The notes: generated by a model not told the origin, from the letters alone. Shown: positions 27,139 through 37,137, counted from the first letter of the stretch. The stretch: DNA of 64,000 nt from an uncultured Eubacteriaceae bacterium (GCA_964581565.1 CAZOOZ010000001.1:131470-195469), one strand, 5' to 3'. Program-made: numbers and translations.

Positions 27139-27960
27139 TTGGAGAATTCGAAATTGACTATAGAACAAATAAAAGAGTTGCAGGCTATAGAACTAGATAT
27201 CTTATTGCAAGTAGACAAAGTTTGTAAAAAACATAATATAACCTATTATCTCGGAGAAGGCTCTCTGCTTGGAGCTGTACGCCATAAAGGGTTTATCCCA
27301 TGGGATGATGATTTGGATATTCTAATGAAGCGGGATGAGTATGAAAGATTTTTAAAAATCGCACCGGCAGAAATGGGCCCGAATTATGAAGTACAGCATC
27401 CTACCACTGTGTATAGCTATTGGTCGCCTTTTATTAAAGTAAGATTGCTTGGAAAACAGAAGTTCAGGCAAAAGCATATCGCACATCTTACCGAAAATAA
27501 CGGGCCGTATATCGATATTTTTCCGATGGAATCGGTGCCGAAACTAAAAAGTCTCGGACAATTATGGCAAGGCATGAAGATAAATTTTTTGAGAGCCATG
27601 CTTACCTATAAACTAGTTCTGCGTAAACCTAATACTATGAAAAGAAAACTAGTCACTGCATCATCCAAGTTTTTATCGATCAATACAATACACAAGATGC
27701 TTGATAAAAATTTCAAACTATATAATGACAGAAAAGATAATAATTATACCGTCACGCTTGCCAGTTATCATAATATGTTTAATCAGACAGTGCCCGATGA
27801 AGTATACGGGCAGCCTGTAGAGGTAGAGTTTGAGGGACACGTGTTTCCGGCCCCAAGGCAATACGATTATCTTTTAAGACGGGTTTATGGAGATTACACA
27901 AAGCTGCCGCCCCTAGAAAAACAGACTATTAAGCATCATTTTATAGTCATTGAAGAATAA
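27139..27960 (+). CDS. LicD-family phosphotransferase (third paralog)
   Basis: LGEGSLLGAVRHKGFIPWDDDLDILMKRDEYERF ... YGDYTKLPP. The more likely start is the TTG at 27154, 7 nt after GGAGAA. Confidence 0.8.
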   Translation: MENSKLTIEQIKELQAIELDILLQVDKVCKKHNITYYLGEGSLLGAVRHKGFIPWDDDLDILMKRDEYERFLKIAPAEMGPNYEVQHPTTVYSYWSPFIKVRLLGKQKFRQKHIAHLTENNGPYIDIFPMESVPKLKSLGQLWQGMKINFLRAMLTYKLVLRKPNTMKRKLVTASSKFLSINTIHKMLDKNFKLYNDRKDNNYTVTLASYHNMFNQTVPDEVYGQPVEVEFEGHVFPAPRQYDYLLRRVYGDYTKLPPLEKQTIKHHFIVIEE

Positions 27961-27987
27961 ACTTTGATTATGTAAGCAACACTAGAC

Positions 27988-29871
27988 CTAATTTGAAATT
28001 TTTTCATTTAATTCAAGCCATTCATTTTCATATTGATTCAGCGACTTTTTATTTTCTTCATATTGTTTTGTAATCTCATCACTATTTTCCAGTTTATAAA
28101 AATCATTTTGACACATTATGTCTTCCGCTTCGCTGATTTTTTGTTCAAGGTCGGCTATTATTGTTTCCAACTCTTCAATACGCTTCGCTATTTTCTTTTC
28201 TGTGTTATCGCGTTGAGGACGCTTATTTTTTTGTTTAATTTTTCTTATTTGCGCTTCAGCCTCCCGGCTTGCTTTGCGAGCGAGATAATAATCATAATTG
28301 CCGTCGTAAAAGTTGACGGTATCATCTTCAAACACCAATAAATGATCGCATATATTATTTAAAAAGTACCTGTCGTGTGAGATGAATATAAGAGTACCGT
28401 CATATTGCTTCAAAGCCTTTTCAAGCGCTTCCATAGAATAAATATCCAAATGATTGGTTGCCTCATCCAAGAGAAGAAAATTTGCACCTTTAAGCATCGT
28501 TTTAAGCAAATTTAACCTGCTTTTTTCTCCTCCGGAAAGAACGGAGATATCTTTGCCTACATCTTCCGCGAAGAATAAAAACGAGGCCAGATAATTCCTG
28601 GCTTGCTCAACGGATAAGCTCCTGTCTTCCGAATAAATTATTTCTTCTAGAACAGTATCATGTTTAAAATGAAATTGCTGTTCAAAATAAGCAATATCTA
28701 CATTGTGACCGTAATTTAATTCGCCACTGTACTGAGTATCTTTACCGGCGATAATCTTTAGCAAGGTGGATTTTCCGATGCCATTTGGACCGAATATGCC
28801 GATTTTTTGATTTTTGTAGAAAATATGTGAAAAATCTTTAAGGATTGGCTTAAAATCAAAAAATTTAGATAGGTTTTTTATTTCCAGAACAGTTTTGCCT
28901 GAAGGAGTATTACATTTAAACGATAAATCCATATTGATATTGTTTACGGACGGTTTGTCGATACGGGGCAATTTATCAAGCGCTTTTTGCCTGCTCTCGG
29001 CTTGCTTTATGCTTTTTTCTCTGTTGTATTGACGAAATCGTGCAATGATCTGCTCCTGGCGCGCGATCTCTTTTTTTTGTTGTGTATATTGATTATAATC
29101 TTCTTCGTTTTTCTTATTTTTTAATTTTATATAATTTGTGTAGTTTCCATGATATATGGTCAATTTCGTATTTTCAATTTCAAAAATTTTTTCCACAAGA
29201 GCATCTAAAAAATATCGATCATGCGAGATGATGATAATGGCGCCAGGATAATCCTTAAGGTAATTTTCCAACCATGATATTGTAGAGATGTCAAAGTAAT
29301 TGGTCGGTTCATCAAGAAGCAATATATCCGGTTTTTGCAAAAGAAGTTTTATAAAGGCTATCTTGTTTTGCTGCCCGCCGCTAAAGGTGCCAACAGGACG
29401 CGATAATTCTTCGTCATTAAAACCAAAGCCCTTCAAAGCACCTTTAATAAAAGAAGGATAAGAATACCCGTCTTGCTTTTCATACATATCGAGCAATGCT
29501 GCGTATTTGTTTAATAATTTATCGGTCTGTTCTTGAATATGGGTATGAGGTAACTCATTTTGTATATTTGTTATTTCGTTTTCTATGAGAAGTAAATCTT
29601 TGAATTCGCTTATAAGATTATCATAGGCATTAAGGGACAAATCAAGAGCCGGCATCTGAGTCAGCTGGCCCATTTTTATGCTGGGAGATTTGCTGATGCT
29701 GCCGCTATCCGGAGGCAAGATGCCTATAAGCAAATTAAATAATGTGGTTTTACCGGCACCGTTTTTGCCCACGATACCTATCTTTTCAGATTTATTTAAA
29801 GAAAAAGAAATATTATTAAGTATGGCGGTAGAGCCAAATGATTTATTTATATTGCTGACAGTAAGTAGCAT
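27988..29871 (-). CDS. ABC-F family ATPase (two NBDs, no TM, C-terminal coiled coil)
   Basis: Two Walker A sites (GKNGAGKTT, GPNGIGKST), two signatures (FSGGQQNK, LSGGEKSR), a charged interdomain linker and a basic/acidic C-terminal helix. I moved the start to the ATG at 29871, preceded by GGAGAA. Confidence 0.85.
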   Translation of the reverse strand: MLLTVSNINKSFGSTAILNNISFSLNKSEKIGIVGKNGAGKTTLFNLLIGILPPDSGSISKSPSIKMGQLTQMPALDLSLNAYDNLISEFKDLLLIENEITNIQNELPHTHIQEQTDKLLNKYAALLDMYEKQDGYSYPSFIKGALKGFGFNDEELSRPVGTFSGGQQNKIAFIKLLLQKPDILLLDEPTNYFDISTISWLENYLKDYPGAIIIISHDRYFLDALVEKIFEIENTKLTIYHGNYTNYIKLKNKKNEEDYNQYTQQKKEIARQEQIIARFRQYNREKSIKQAESRQKALDKLPRIDKPSVNNINMDLSFKCNTPSGKTVLEIKNLSKFFDFKPILKDFSHIFYKNQKIGIFGPNGIGKSTLLKIIAGKDTQYSGELNYGHNVDIAYFEQQFHFKHDTVLEEIIYSEDRSLSVEQARNYLASFLFFAEDVGKDISVLSGGEKSRLNLLKTMLKGANFLLLDEATNHLDIYSMEALEKALKQYDGTLIFISHDRYFLNNICDHLLVFEDDTVNFYDGNYDYYLARKASREAEAQIRKIKQKNKRPQRDNTEKKIAKRIEELETIIADLEQKISEAEDIMCQNDFYKLENSDEITKQYEENKKSLNQYENEWLELNEKISN

Positions 29872-30074
29872 GTATTCTCCTTCATTTAAAACATATTCTT
29901 GTTTACATCTGTGTAATTTATGATATAATAATATTGTTAAATATAAAACAAAGTAATTCAAACCTTGAGAGGCTGGCGCAAGAATTAATTTTTAATTATA
30001 AAGGCTGGCTGAATAAATATCAATGAAAAATAAAAAAGATAATTGTTAATACATAAATAGAACTGGAGGCGAAT

Positions 30075-30719
30075 ATGCAGACATTATCTAAAAATGCACC
30101 TATGCCGGTAGTGAGAAGGTTACCTAAATATCACAGATATTTAAAAGAATTGCTTGAAGAAGGTATTTATAAAATATCGTCAAAAGATTTATCTGCCAGA
30201 ATGGGCCTCACGGCATCTCAGATCAGGCAGGATTTAAATTATTTTGGTGGGTTTGGACAGCAAGGATACGGATATAATGTAGAAGACTTAATCGCTGTGA
30301 TTGAAGATATTTTATCCATCAATACTCCGTCCAATTATATTATTATTGGTGCCGGCAATTTAGGCAAAGCCATTACAAATTATATATTTGGCTTGGACGG
30401 CAATGCAAAAGTATGTGCAATGTTTGACAGCGACGAAAATAAAGCTGGGTTATCCGTAAAAGATATTCCCATATACCATATGAAGGAATTAGAAAATTTT
30501 ACGAAAGAAAATGTAGTTGATATCGCAATTTTAGCTGTACCTAAAACAGCGGGGCTTGAAGTGGCGCAGGAAATCATAAAGAACAATATAAAAGCTATCT
30601 GGAATTTTTCTACGGCGGATTTAGAGCTGGATAGTGATATTGTTATTGAAAATGTTGCTATCAATGAGAGCTTCTATGTGCTTACGTATTTGTTATCGGA
30701 AAATCATAAAAACGCTTGA
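30075..30719 (+). CDS. rex: Redox-sensing transcriptional repressor Rex
   Basis: N-terminal VVRRLPKYHRYLKEL winged helix, a Rossmann GAGNLG motif, ~214 aa. Confidence 0.9.
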   Translation: MQTLSKNAPMPVVRRLPKYHRYLKELLEEGIYKISSKDLSARMGLTASQIRQDLNYFGGFGQQGYGYNVEDLIAVIEDILSINTPSNYIIIGAGNLGKAITNYIFGLDGNAKVCAMFDSDENKAGLSVKDIPIYHMKELENFTKENVVDIAILAVPKTAGLEVAQEIIKNNIKAIWNFSTADLELDSDIVIENVAINESFYVLTYLLSENHKNA

Positions 30720-30841
30720 CATTTTGTTTTAATAATGTTATGTTATAAAAAATATAATTTGACAACGGCGTCAACGAATAATACAGGGATAGATGTATTT
30801 CTTATTTAGTTGGCGTTTTTTTAATTTTTAGGAGGATTAAT

Positions 30842-32176
30842 ATGAAAGATGTATGTACAAAAGAAGATGTACTAAGAAAAGCCGATGAGCTCGGTGTCGA
30901 GTTCATACACTTGCAATTCACGGATTTAACCGGAATATTGAAAAATATGTCAATAACACGCTCGCAACTGGAAAAAGCATTAGATAATGAAATTATGTTT
31001 GACGGCTCTTCAATTGATGGATTTGTTCGAATTGAAGAAAGTGATATGTACTTAAGACCAGATATCTCCACTTTTGAAGTTTATCCGTGGAAACCTCAAA
31101 TTGGTCAAGAAGCAAGATTAATATGCGACGTATATACTCCTGACGGCGAACCTTTTGAAGGATGCCCGAGATACATTTTGAAAAAAACAATACAAGAAGC
31201 AAAAGATTTGGGTTATGAAATGTATGTAGGTCCGGAATGTGAATTCTTCTTGTTCCATTTAGATAACGACGGAAAAGCGTCTCTGCGAACACATGACGAA
31301 GCAGGATATTTCTCACTTGCGCCTGTTGATTTAGGTGAAGCGGCAAGAAGAGATATGGTGCTTACACTTCAAAAAATGGGATTCGAAATCGAAGCCTCTC
31401 ATCATGAAGTAGCAATTGGCCAACATGAAATAGACTTCAAATACGCAGATGCACTTACAGCGGCAGATAATATTATGACCTTTAAAATGGTTGTGAAAAT
31501 TATCGCTCAAAGACATGGGCTTCATGCAACATTTATGCCGAAACCGATTTTTGGAATAAACGGTTCAGGTATGCATACAAATCAATCGCTGTTCAAAGAC
31601 GGCAAAAATGCTTTCTATGATCCGAACGGCAAAAATCAATTAAGCGAAGCAACATATCAATATATTGCCGGATTGCTAAACTTTGCAAAACCGATGGCAG
31701 CTATAACAAATCCTACAGTTAATTCTTACAAACGTCTTGTTGTAGGATATGAAGCACCGGTATATTTGGCATGGTCTCCGAAAAACAGAAGTCCATTGAT
31801 TCGTATCCCGGCTAAAAGAGGAGCAAGCACACGTGTTGAGTTGAGAAATCCTGATCCGTCAGCAAATCCTTATTTGTCACTTGCGGTGAATTTGGCTGCA
31901 GGCCTTGAAGGAATAAAACAAAAAATGACAGCTCCCGAACCGGAATCTTCGAACTTATATCATATGAGTGAAGATGAAAGAGCGGCCAAAGGCATCAAAA
32001 GCTTACCGGCTACTTTAATAGAAGCGGTTAATGAGCTTGAAAACAGTGAATTCTTAATGGGTGTTTTAGGACCTCATGCATCAGAAAAATACATTGAAGC
32101 AAAAAGAACAGAGTGGGACAGCTATAGAATGCGTGTCAGCCAATGGGAATTAGACACTTATTTAAACACAATATAA
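30842..32176 (+). CDS. glnA: Glutamine synthetase, type I
   Basis: 444 aa with FDGSSIDGF, the GPECEFFLF-type motif, GSGMHTNQS and NRSPLIRIP. Confidence 0.92.
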   Translation: MKDVCTKEDVLRKADELGVEFIHLQFTDLTGILKNMSITRSQLEKALDNEIMFDGSSIDGFVRIEESDMYLRPDISTFEVYPWKPQIGQEARLICDVYTPDGEPFEGCPRYILKKTIQEAKDLGYEMYVGPECEFFLFHLDNDGKASLRTHDEAGYFSLAPVDLGEAARRDMVLTLQKMGFEIEASHHEVAIGQHEIDFKYADALTAADNIMTFKMVVKIIAQRHGLHATFMPKPIFGINGSGMHTNQSLFKDGKNAFYDPNGKNQLSEATYQYIAGLLNFAKPMAAITNPTVNSYKRLVVGYEAPVYLAWSPKNRSPLIRIPAKRGASTRVELRNPDPSANPYLSLAVNLAAGLEGIKQKMTAPEPESSNLYHMSEDERAAKGIKSLPATLIEAVNELENSEFLMGVLGPHASEKYIEAKRTEWDSYRMRVSQWELDTYLNTI

Positions 32177-32241
32177 TATTAATTATATAAAATAAACTAT
32201 ATAGATAAATAGTATATTATTTATATATATTAATTCTCTAG

Positions 32242-32278
32242 AACTGTATGTGTATACTTGCACATACAGTTTTATTTT
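32242..32278 (+). terminator. Rho-independent terminator after glnA
   Basis: 11-bp stem AACTGTATGTG / CACATACAGTT followed by TTATTTT. Confidence 0.8.
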
Positions 32279-32393
32279 GAATATACTAAAATAATTAAAA
32301 AAATCAGAATATTTAAAAATTTTACTTGCATAATTTTTATACTATGTTATAATACGAGGAAAATTATCTATAAACTGGAAGGAAAAAACTATT

Positions 32394-33461
32394 ATGAACA
32401 TCAAATTTAGCCAATCAAAAACCAAAAAAGAAAAACCTTCGTGGGACGAATGTGGATTTTGCAATTATTATTCAGACAATATGTTTGTCGTTGATTATGA
32501 CGATAAAATCGGATGGCATAATGCAAGAATCGAAGAATACGCACAATTTCTGATTGATCCCGCCGCTTTGGTTTTTCATTACGGACAGGAAAGCTTTGAA
32601 GGCATGAAAGCTTTTTATGGGGTAGACGGAAAGATAAGACTTTTCAGACCGGAAAAAAATATGGAACGTATGAATGACACGCATGACCGTTTGGCGATGC
32701 CGACTTTTGCTGTGGATGAAATGCTGGATGCGATCGAAGAACTTATTAAAATAGATCAAGATTGGGTTCCGCCAAAAGATGGAATGGCGCTTTATATCCG
32801 ACCATTTTGTATCGCGACCGGAACACATCTCGGTGTAAAACGTTCCGATAAATATATATATTTTGTAATCTTATCTCCTGTAGGAGCATATTATCCCGAG
32901 GGAATGAAACCCACAAAAATATATATTGAAGATAAATACATACGTTCGGCACAAGGTGGTATCGGCCATTATAAAGCCGGAGCAAACTATGCAGGTACGC
33001 TAAAACCGGGCGAAGAAGTTATTCAAAAAGGTTACTCGCAGATATGCTGGCTTGATGCTAAAGAAAATAAATATATAGAAGAAGTTGGAACGAGCAATAT
33101 TATGTTTGTCATAGACGGTAAAATTGTAACGCCGCCTCTAACAAGAGGAACTATCCTTCCAGGGATTACAAGAGCTACTGTCATTCAGCTCGCCAATGAG
33201 TGGAGTATTCCGGTGGAAGAGAGAGATATCACTGTTGACGAAGTATTTAAAGCGGCGGAAGAAGGTAGATTAACGGAAGCCTTTGCAACGGGTACGGCAG
33301 CGGTTATTTCTCCTGTAGGATTATTGAAATGGAAAGATAAAGAAGCTGTTGTAAACAATCAAGTCATTGGTGAAATTTCACAAAGATTATATGATGAAAT
33401 CACAGACCTTCAATATGGTAAAAAAGAAGATACAAGAGGCTGGATTAAGGTAATAGAATAA
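32394..33461 (+). CDS. ilvE: Branched-chain amino acid aminotransferase
   Basis: 355-aa class IV aminotransferase pattern (FEGMKAF ... LFRP ... GGIGHYKAGANY ... EVGTSNIMFV ... GITR). Confidence 0.85.
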   Translation: MNIKFSQSKTKKEKPSWDECGFCNYYSDNMFVVDYDDKIGWHNARIEEYAQFLIDPAALVFHYGQESFEGMKAFYGVDGKIRLFRPEKNMERMNDTHDRLAMPTFAVDEMLDAIEELIKIDQDWVPPKDGMALYIRPFCIATGTHLGVKRSDKYIYFVILSPVGAYYPEGMKPTKIYIEDKYIRSAQGGIGHYKAGANYAGTLKPGEEVIQKGYSQICWLDAKENKYIEEVGTSNIMFVIDGKIVTPPLTRGTILPGITRATVIQLANEWSIPVEERDITVDEVFKAAEEGRLTEAFATGTAAVISPVGLLKWKDKEAVVNNQVIGEISQRLYDEITDLQYGKKEDTRGWIKVIE

Positions 33462-33507
33462 AATTTGTAATTCGGTTAATCTTAGGAATCATAATAGTAT
33501 AATTATA

Positions 33508-33540
33508 GGGATAGTAAATATGTTTTATTATCCCTTTTTC
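33508..33540 (+). terminator. Rho-independent terminator after ilvE
   Basis: ~11-bp stem GGGATAGTAAA / TTTATTATCCC followed by TTTTTC. Confidence 0.75.
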
Positions 33541-33644
33541 TATTATTGAGATATATATTTATAGAATTGATTTATCTAATTATTTATTATAATATATAAT
33601 ATGAATAAAAATCATAAAAAATATAATATAAATGAGAGAGTTAA

Positions 33645-34514
33645 ATGAATATTCAAAAATATAAAGCTTTTGTAGAAACAGCGGAATATAAAAGCCTAAC
33701 AAAAGCGGCAAGTGTTCTTGGGTGCACACAATCAGCGATAAGCCATATACTTAGCGATCTTGAAAAAGAATGGGGAATTATCTTATTTAAACGCAATCGA
33801 TCAGGTGTTAGAATTACTGTTGACGGAGTCAAAGTATTACCTTTTGCACAAGAAGTCTGCGATGCACATGAAAGGCTTCAAATGCAAATAGAAGACTTGC
33901 ATGGATTGAAAGCGGGGTTTATTCGGATCGGGGCTTTTTCGAGTGTGGCGACACATTGGCTTCCGACCATCATTAAGATTTTTAAAAGAGATTATCCAAA
34001 GGTAGATTTTGAACTGCTTATCGGAGAGTATGCAGAAATTGAAAGTTGGATTATCCAAGGCCGCGTTGACTGTGGATTTTTAAGGCTGCCTACAAAACCC
34101 GGACTTGAAAGCATCTTCTTAGGCCAAGATAAACTATTGGCGATATTACCGCAAAATCATCCGTTGGCAAAGGGCGATAGATTTCCGATTAATGCTTTCA
34201 ATAGTGAACCGTTTATACTTTTAGAGAAAAGTGCAAAATCAGAAATAACGGAAATCTTCGAAAAATATCATCTTTCTCCCAATATACAGCTTACAACATG
34301 GGATGAATATACAATTATGTCAATGGTCGAGCAGGGGATGGGAATCAGTATTTTGCCTGAATTGATTTTAAAGCGTATGCCCTATCATATCATTAGTAAA
34401 GAGCTGGAAGTGGCCGCATATCGTAAAATAGGCTTTGTCATGAGGGATTCCAAGACAGCCTCTCTTGTGCTTAAACAGTTCATTGGGTACTTGCAGTACA
34501 GAAATAACCCTTAA
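33645..34514 (+). CDS. LysR-family transcriptional regulator
   Basis: N-terminal HTH (FVETAEYKSLTKAASVLGCTQSAISHILSDLE) and a LysR substrate-binding C-terminus. Confidence 0.9.
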   Translation: MNIQKYKAFVETAEYKSLTKAASVLGCTQSAISHILSDLEKEWGIILFKRNRSGVRITVDGVKVLPFAQEVCDAHERLQMQIEDLHGLKAGFIRIGAFSSVATHWLPTIIKIFKRDYPKVDFELLIGEYAEIESWIIQGRVDCGFLRLPTKPGLESIFLGQDKLLAILPQNHPLAKGDRFPINAFNSEPFILLEKSAKSEITEIFEKYHLSPNIQLTTWDEYTIMSMVEQGMGISILPELILKRMPYHIISKELEVAAYRKIGFVMRDSKTASLVLKQFIGYLQYRNNP

Positions 34515-34525
34515 ATGAAAGTATA

Positions 34526-34570
34526 CAAAAAAGAGCTGCCTCAATTTAGTGAGACAGCTCTTCTCTTCTT
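34526..34570. terminator. Bidirectional terminator between convergent genes
   Basis: AGAGCTGCCTCA ... TGAGACAGCTCT hairpin, flanked by an A-run upstream and a T-rich run downstream. Confidence 0.7.
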
Positions 34571-34600
34571 ACTTATTTTAAAAAAGCAAATTGTATAAGC

Positions 34601-35620
34601 TTAAAACAATTTATCAATAAAAATTTTGTCTTTTGTAATTTCTGCAAGATTTTTTGCGCCTGTCATCATCATGGTTTCTTTAAGCTGCCCACCTATCATA
34701 TTTGTATAAAGCTTTGCGCCTTCTTGATCCGCTCCATATACCGCAAGGACATAAGGTCTGCCTATCATAACCGCATCGGCGCCCATAGCTAAGCATTTGT
34801 ATACGTCTATGCCGCTTCTTATGGCACCGTCTATAAATATTTTCATTTTGCCCTTCACCGCACCGGCAATTTCTTCGAGCATTTCAATCGGTGCAGGAGT
34901 CTGGTCTTGAACACGACCGCCGTGAGTTGATACAACGATTCCGTAAGCGCCCGTATCCAAAGCTTTCTTTGCTCCGCCCGCAGTCATGACGCCTTTTATA
35001 AGTACAGGTATCTTGACGCTGGAGATGAGATATTCCAGCTGCTTTACAGATTTGGGGCCGACAGGATTTGCACCTCCCTGCACTAAAGAAAGACCTGCCC
35101 CGTCTACATCGGTGGCAACGGCTATGATTCCGTTAGCTTCGGCTTCTTTAAATTGTCGCAGCATGACATCAACGGGCCACGGTTTTACTGTAGGTATGCC
35201 GAGTCCTCCGACTTCTACGATCTCATCAAGAGCTTTGTCATCATTGGGATCGAAAAAGGTAAACGCAAGAGTACCGGCATCTTTGCAGCCATAAATGACA
35301 GCTTTGTTATAGTCGTGATAATTGTATTTTTCACCATACTGTATATGTGTTCCCATTATAGGAGCCGCAAATACCGGATATTTAAAATTTTTGCCAAACA
35401 GTGAACAAGAAGTGTCAATTGGTGCATCGTCATAGATGGTATCCATATGTACCTTAATTTCCTGAAGTTTTTTATACGAACGTACAAAGCCGTCTCCCGT
35501 AGCTTTCCCTCCGGGGCCTGGAATTGTGCCTCTGCATGCTTCGCCGTTACATATTTTGCACACTTTACAGTTTCCGTTCATATGTTTACGTGCGCTTTCT
35601 AAAATTTCCGCATAAGTCAT
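34601..35620 (-). CDS. FMN-dependent alpha-hydroxy-acid oxidase/dehydrogenase family protein with N-terminal Cys cluster
   Basis: TIM-barrel FMN motifs (VSTHGGR, IFIDGAIRSG, IGRP). The N-terminus carries CKVCKICNGEAC. Confidence 0.7.
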   Translation of the reverse strand: MTYAEILESARKHMNGNCKVCKICNGEACRGTIPGPGGKATGDGFVRSYKKLQEIKVHMDTIYDDAPIDTSCSLFGKNFKYPVFAAPIMGTHIQYGEKYNYHDYNKAVIYGCKDAGTLAFTFFDPNDDKALDEIVEVGGLGIPTVKPWPVDVMLRQFKEAEANGIIAVATDVDGAGLSLVQGGANPVGPKSVKQLEYLISSVKIPVLIKGVMTAGGAKKALDTGAYGIVVSTHGGRVQDQTPAPIEMLEEIAGAVKGKMKIFIDGAIRSGIDVYKCLAMGADAVMIGRPYVLAVYGADQEGAKLYTNMIGGQLKETMMMTGAKNLAEITKDKIFIDKLF

Positions 35621-35691
35621 TGATCTACCTCCAAATATATTTTTTAGTTAATATTATTGTTATTCGTTCCATGTATTTAAATTTCAATCAT

Positions 35692-36222
35692 TTAAAACCA
35701 GTCTTTAATATCGACGCCGTAAGTGTCTTTAAACCCTTCTACATCGGCTTCGTAATAATTTCTCGCGTTTTCCAGTACCAGTTCGGCATCTATATCCGTG
35801 TTATCTGAGAGTATTTTATAACCAAGCAGCTCATCTTTGGAATAAGAATATGCAAATTCTATTTCGATGCTGTCTTCTTCACTGTAATAATAACATAAAA
35901 ATATCTTTTGATCAGGCAGAAATGCCGATACATTGAGCTCGGTATTACTGAAATAAATGATAACCAGATATGGATAGGTAAAGGGTTGTATATCTTCCAG
36001 TTCTTCAAAATATTGCATGAATGTAGTCATCTCGGCGTCACTGAGTGCAACGTTTCTGTCGTTATGTGCATAAATAGCATAGCCGCCATCCATGGAATAC
36101 GTATAATAAAATGCATCATCCTGTAATTGAAGTCCGTATTCGGTGAGATCCTTTGTTTGACGGCATGATGTGGCAGTAAAAGCGAGTAGAATAAGTAGTA
36201 TGATTGCCAGTGTTTTTTTCAT
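35692..36222 (-). CDS. Hypothetical lipoprotein
   Basis: Signal peptide with lipobox (LAFTATSC). I recognised no other motif. Confidence 0.6.
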   Translation of the reverse strand: MKKTLAIILLILLAFTATSCRQTKDLTEYGLQLQDDAFYYTYSMDGGYAIYAHNDRNVALSDAEMTTFMQYFEELEDIQPFTYPYLVIIYFSNTELNVSAFLPDQKIFLCYYYSEEDSIEIEFAYSYSKDELLGYKILSDNTDIDAELVLENARNYYEADVEGFKDTYGVDIKDWF

Positions 36223-36359
36223 CTTTTAACCTCATAATTCACAATCATGGTTATTATACCATTATTTATTGCGATCATATAGGCAATTTTTATTTTCTAT
36301 TCGTATGAAGCAAATTAAATATATGATATAATAAAGCATAATTATTTTGGAGGCACTTC

Positions 36360-37127
36360 ATGCTTACAGTATGCAATGTTACAAAAAAATACGGTAAATT
36401 TGTAGCAAATAATGATGTCAGCTTAACCGTAGAAGCCGGACAAACCACTATTTTAATCGGCCCGAACGGAGCGGGTAAGACAACGCTGATAAAATGCATC
36501 GCCGGTCTTTTGCGCTTTGAAGGGAAAATTGAAATATGTAATTGGGATAATAAGTCGATTGAAGCAAAAAAAGTATTTGGATATGTTCCGGAAATTCCGG
36601 CTGTTTATGATTTGCTCACAGTAGCCGAACATATCGAATTTATAGCAAGAGCTTATCAATTAAAAGAATATGAAGAATATGCCGAAGAGCTACTCGAATG
36701 CTTTGAGCTTACCGATAAAAAAGACAAACTCGGAAGAGAGCTTTCAAAAGGCATGCAGCAAAAACTAAGTATTATCTGTGCGCTTCTGCCAAAGCCGAGC
36801 GTTGTTGTTTTTGATGAACCGATGGTTGGACTGGATCCACATGCAATAAAAGAATTAAAAAAAATATTTGTCACATTAAAAAAAGCCGGCGTATCTGTCC
36901 TGATAAGTACACATATGCTTGATAGTATCAAGGAGTTATGGGATAAGGCCTATATCATGATGGATGGCAAAATCGCTGCTTCAAAAGAGAAAAAAAATAA
37001 ATCTAAAGATACATTATCCTTAGAAGAGTTGTTCTTCAATATAACAGAAAATAACAAAACTTTACCTGAAGATGCTTTTGTGCAAAGAGATATAGATGTG
37101 CAAAGGGACATAGAAAATGAAAAGTAG
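36360..37127 (+). CDS. ABC transporter ATP-binding protein
   Basis: Walker A GPNGAGKTT, signature-like LSKGMQQKLSI, Walker B VVFDEPMVGLD. Confidence 0.85.
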   Translation: MLTVCNVTKKYGKFVANNDVSLTVEAGQTTILIGPNGAGKTTLIKCIAGLLRFEGKIEICNWDNKSIEAKKVFGYVPEIPAVYDLLTVAEHIEFIARAYQLKEYEEYAEELLECFELTDKKDKLGRELSKGMQQKLSIICALLPKPSVVVFDEPMVGLDPHAIKELKKIFVTLKKAGVSVLISTHMLDSIKELWDKAYIMMDGKIAASKEKKNKSKDTLSLEELFFNITENNKTLPEDAFVQRDIDVQRDIENEK

Positions 37128-37137
37128 GATTAAATAA

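Noticed and set aside
30040-30062. TTGTTAA half-site upstream of rex, considered as a Rex autoregulatory operator
   Set aside because: Only one half-site matches. The expected TTAACAA partner at 4-nt spacing is absent.
30721-30841. Possible GlnR/TnrA box (TGTNA-N7-TNACA) or leader RNA upstream of glnA
   Set aside because: TGTTA and TGACA elements are present but about 19 nt apart, not 7. I saw no convincing structured leader.
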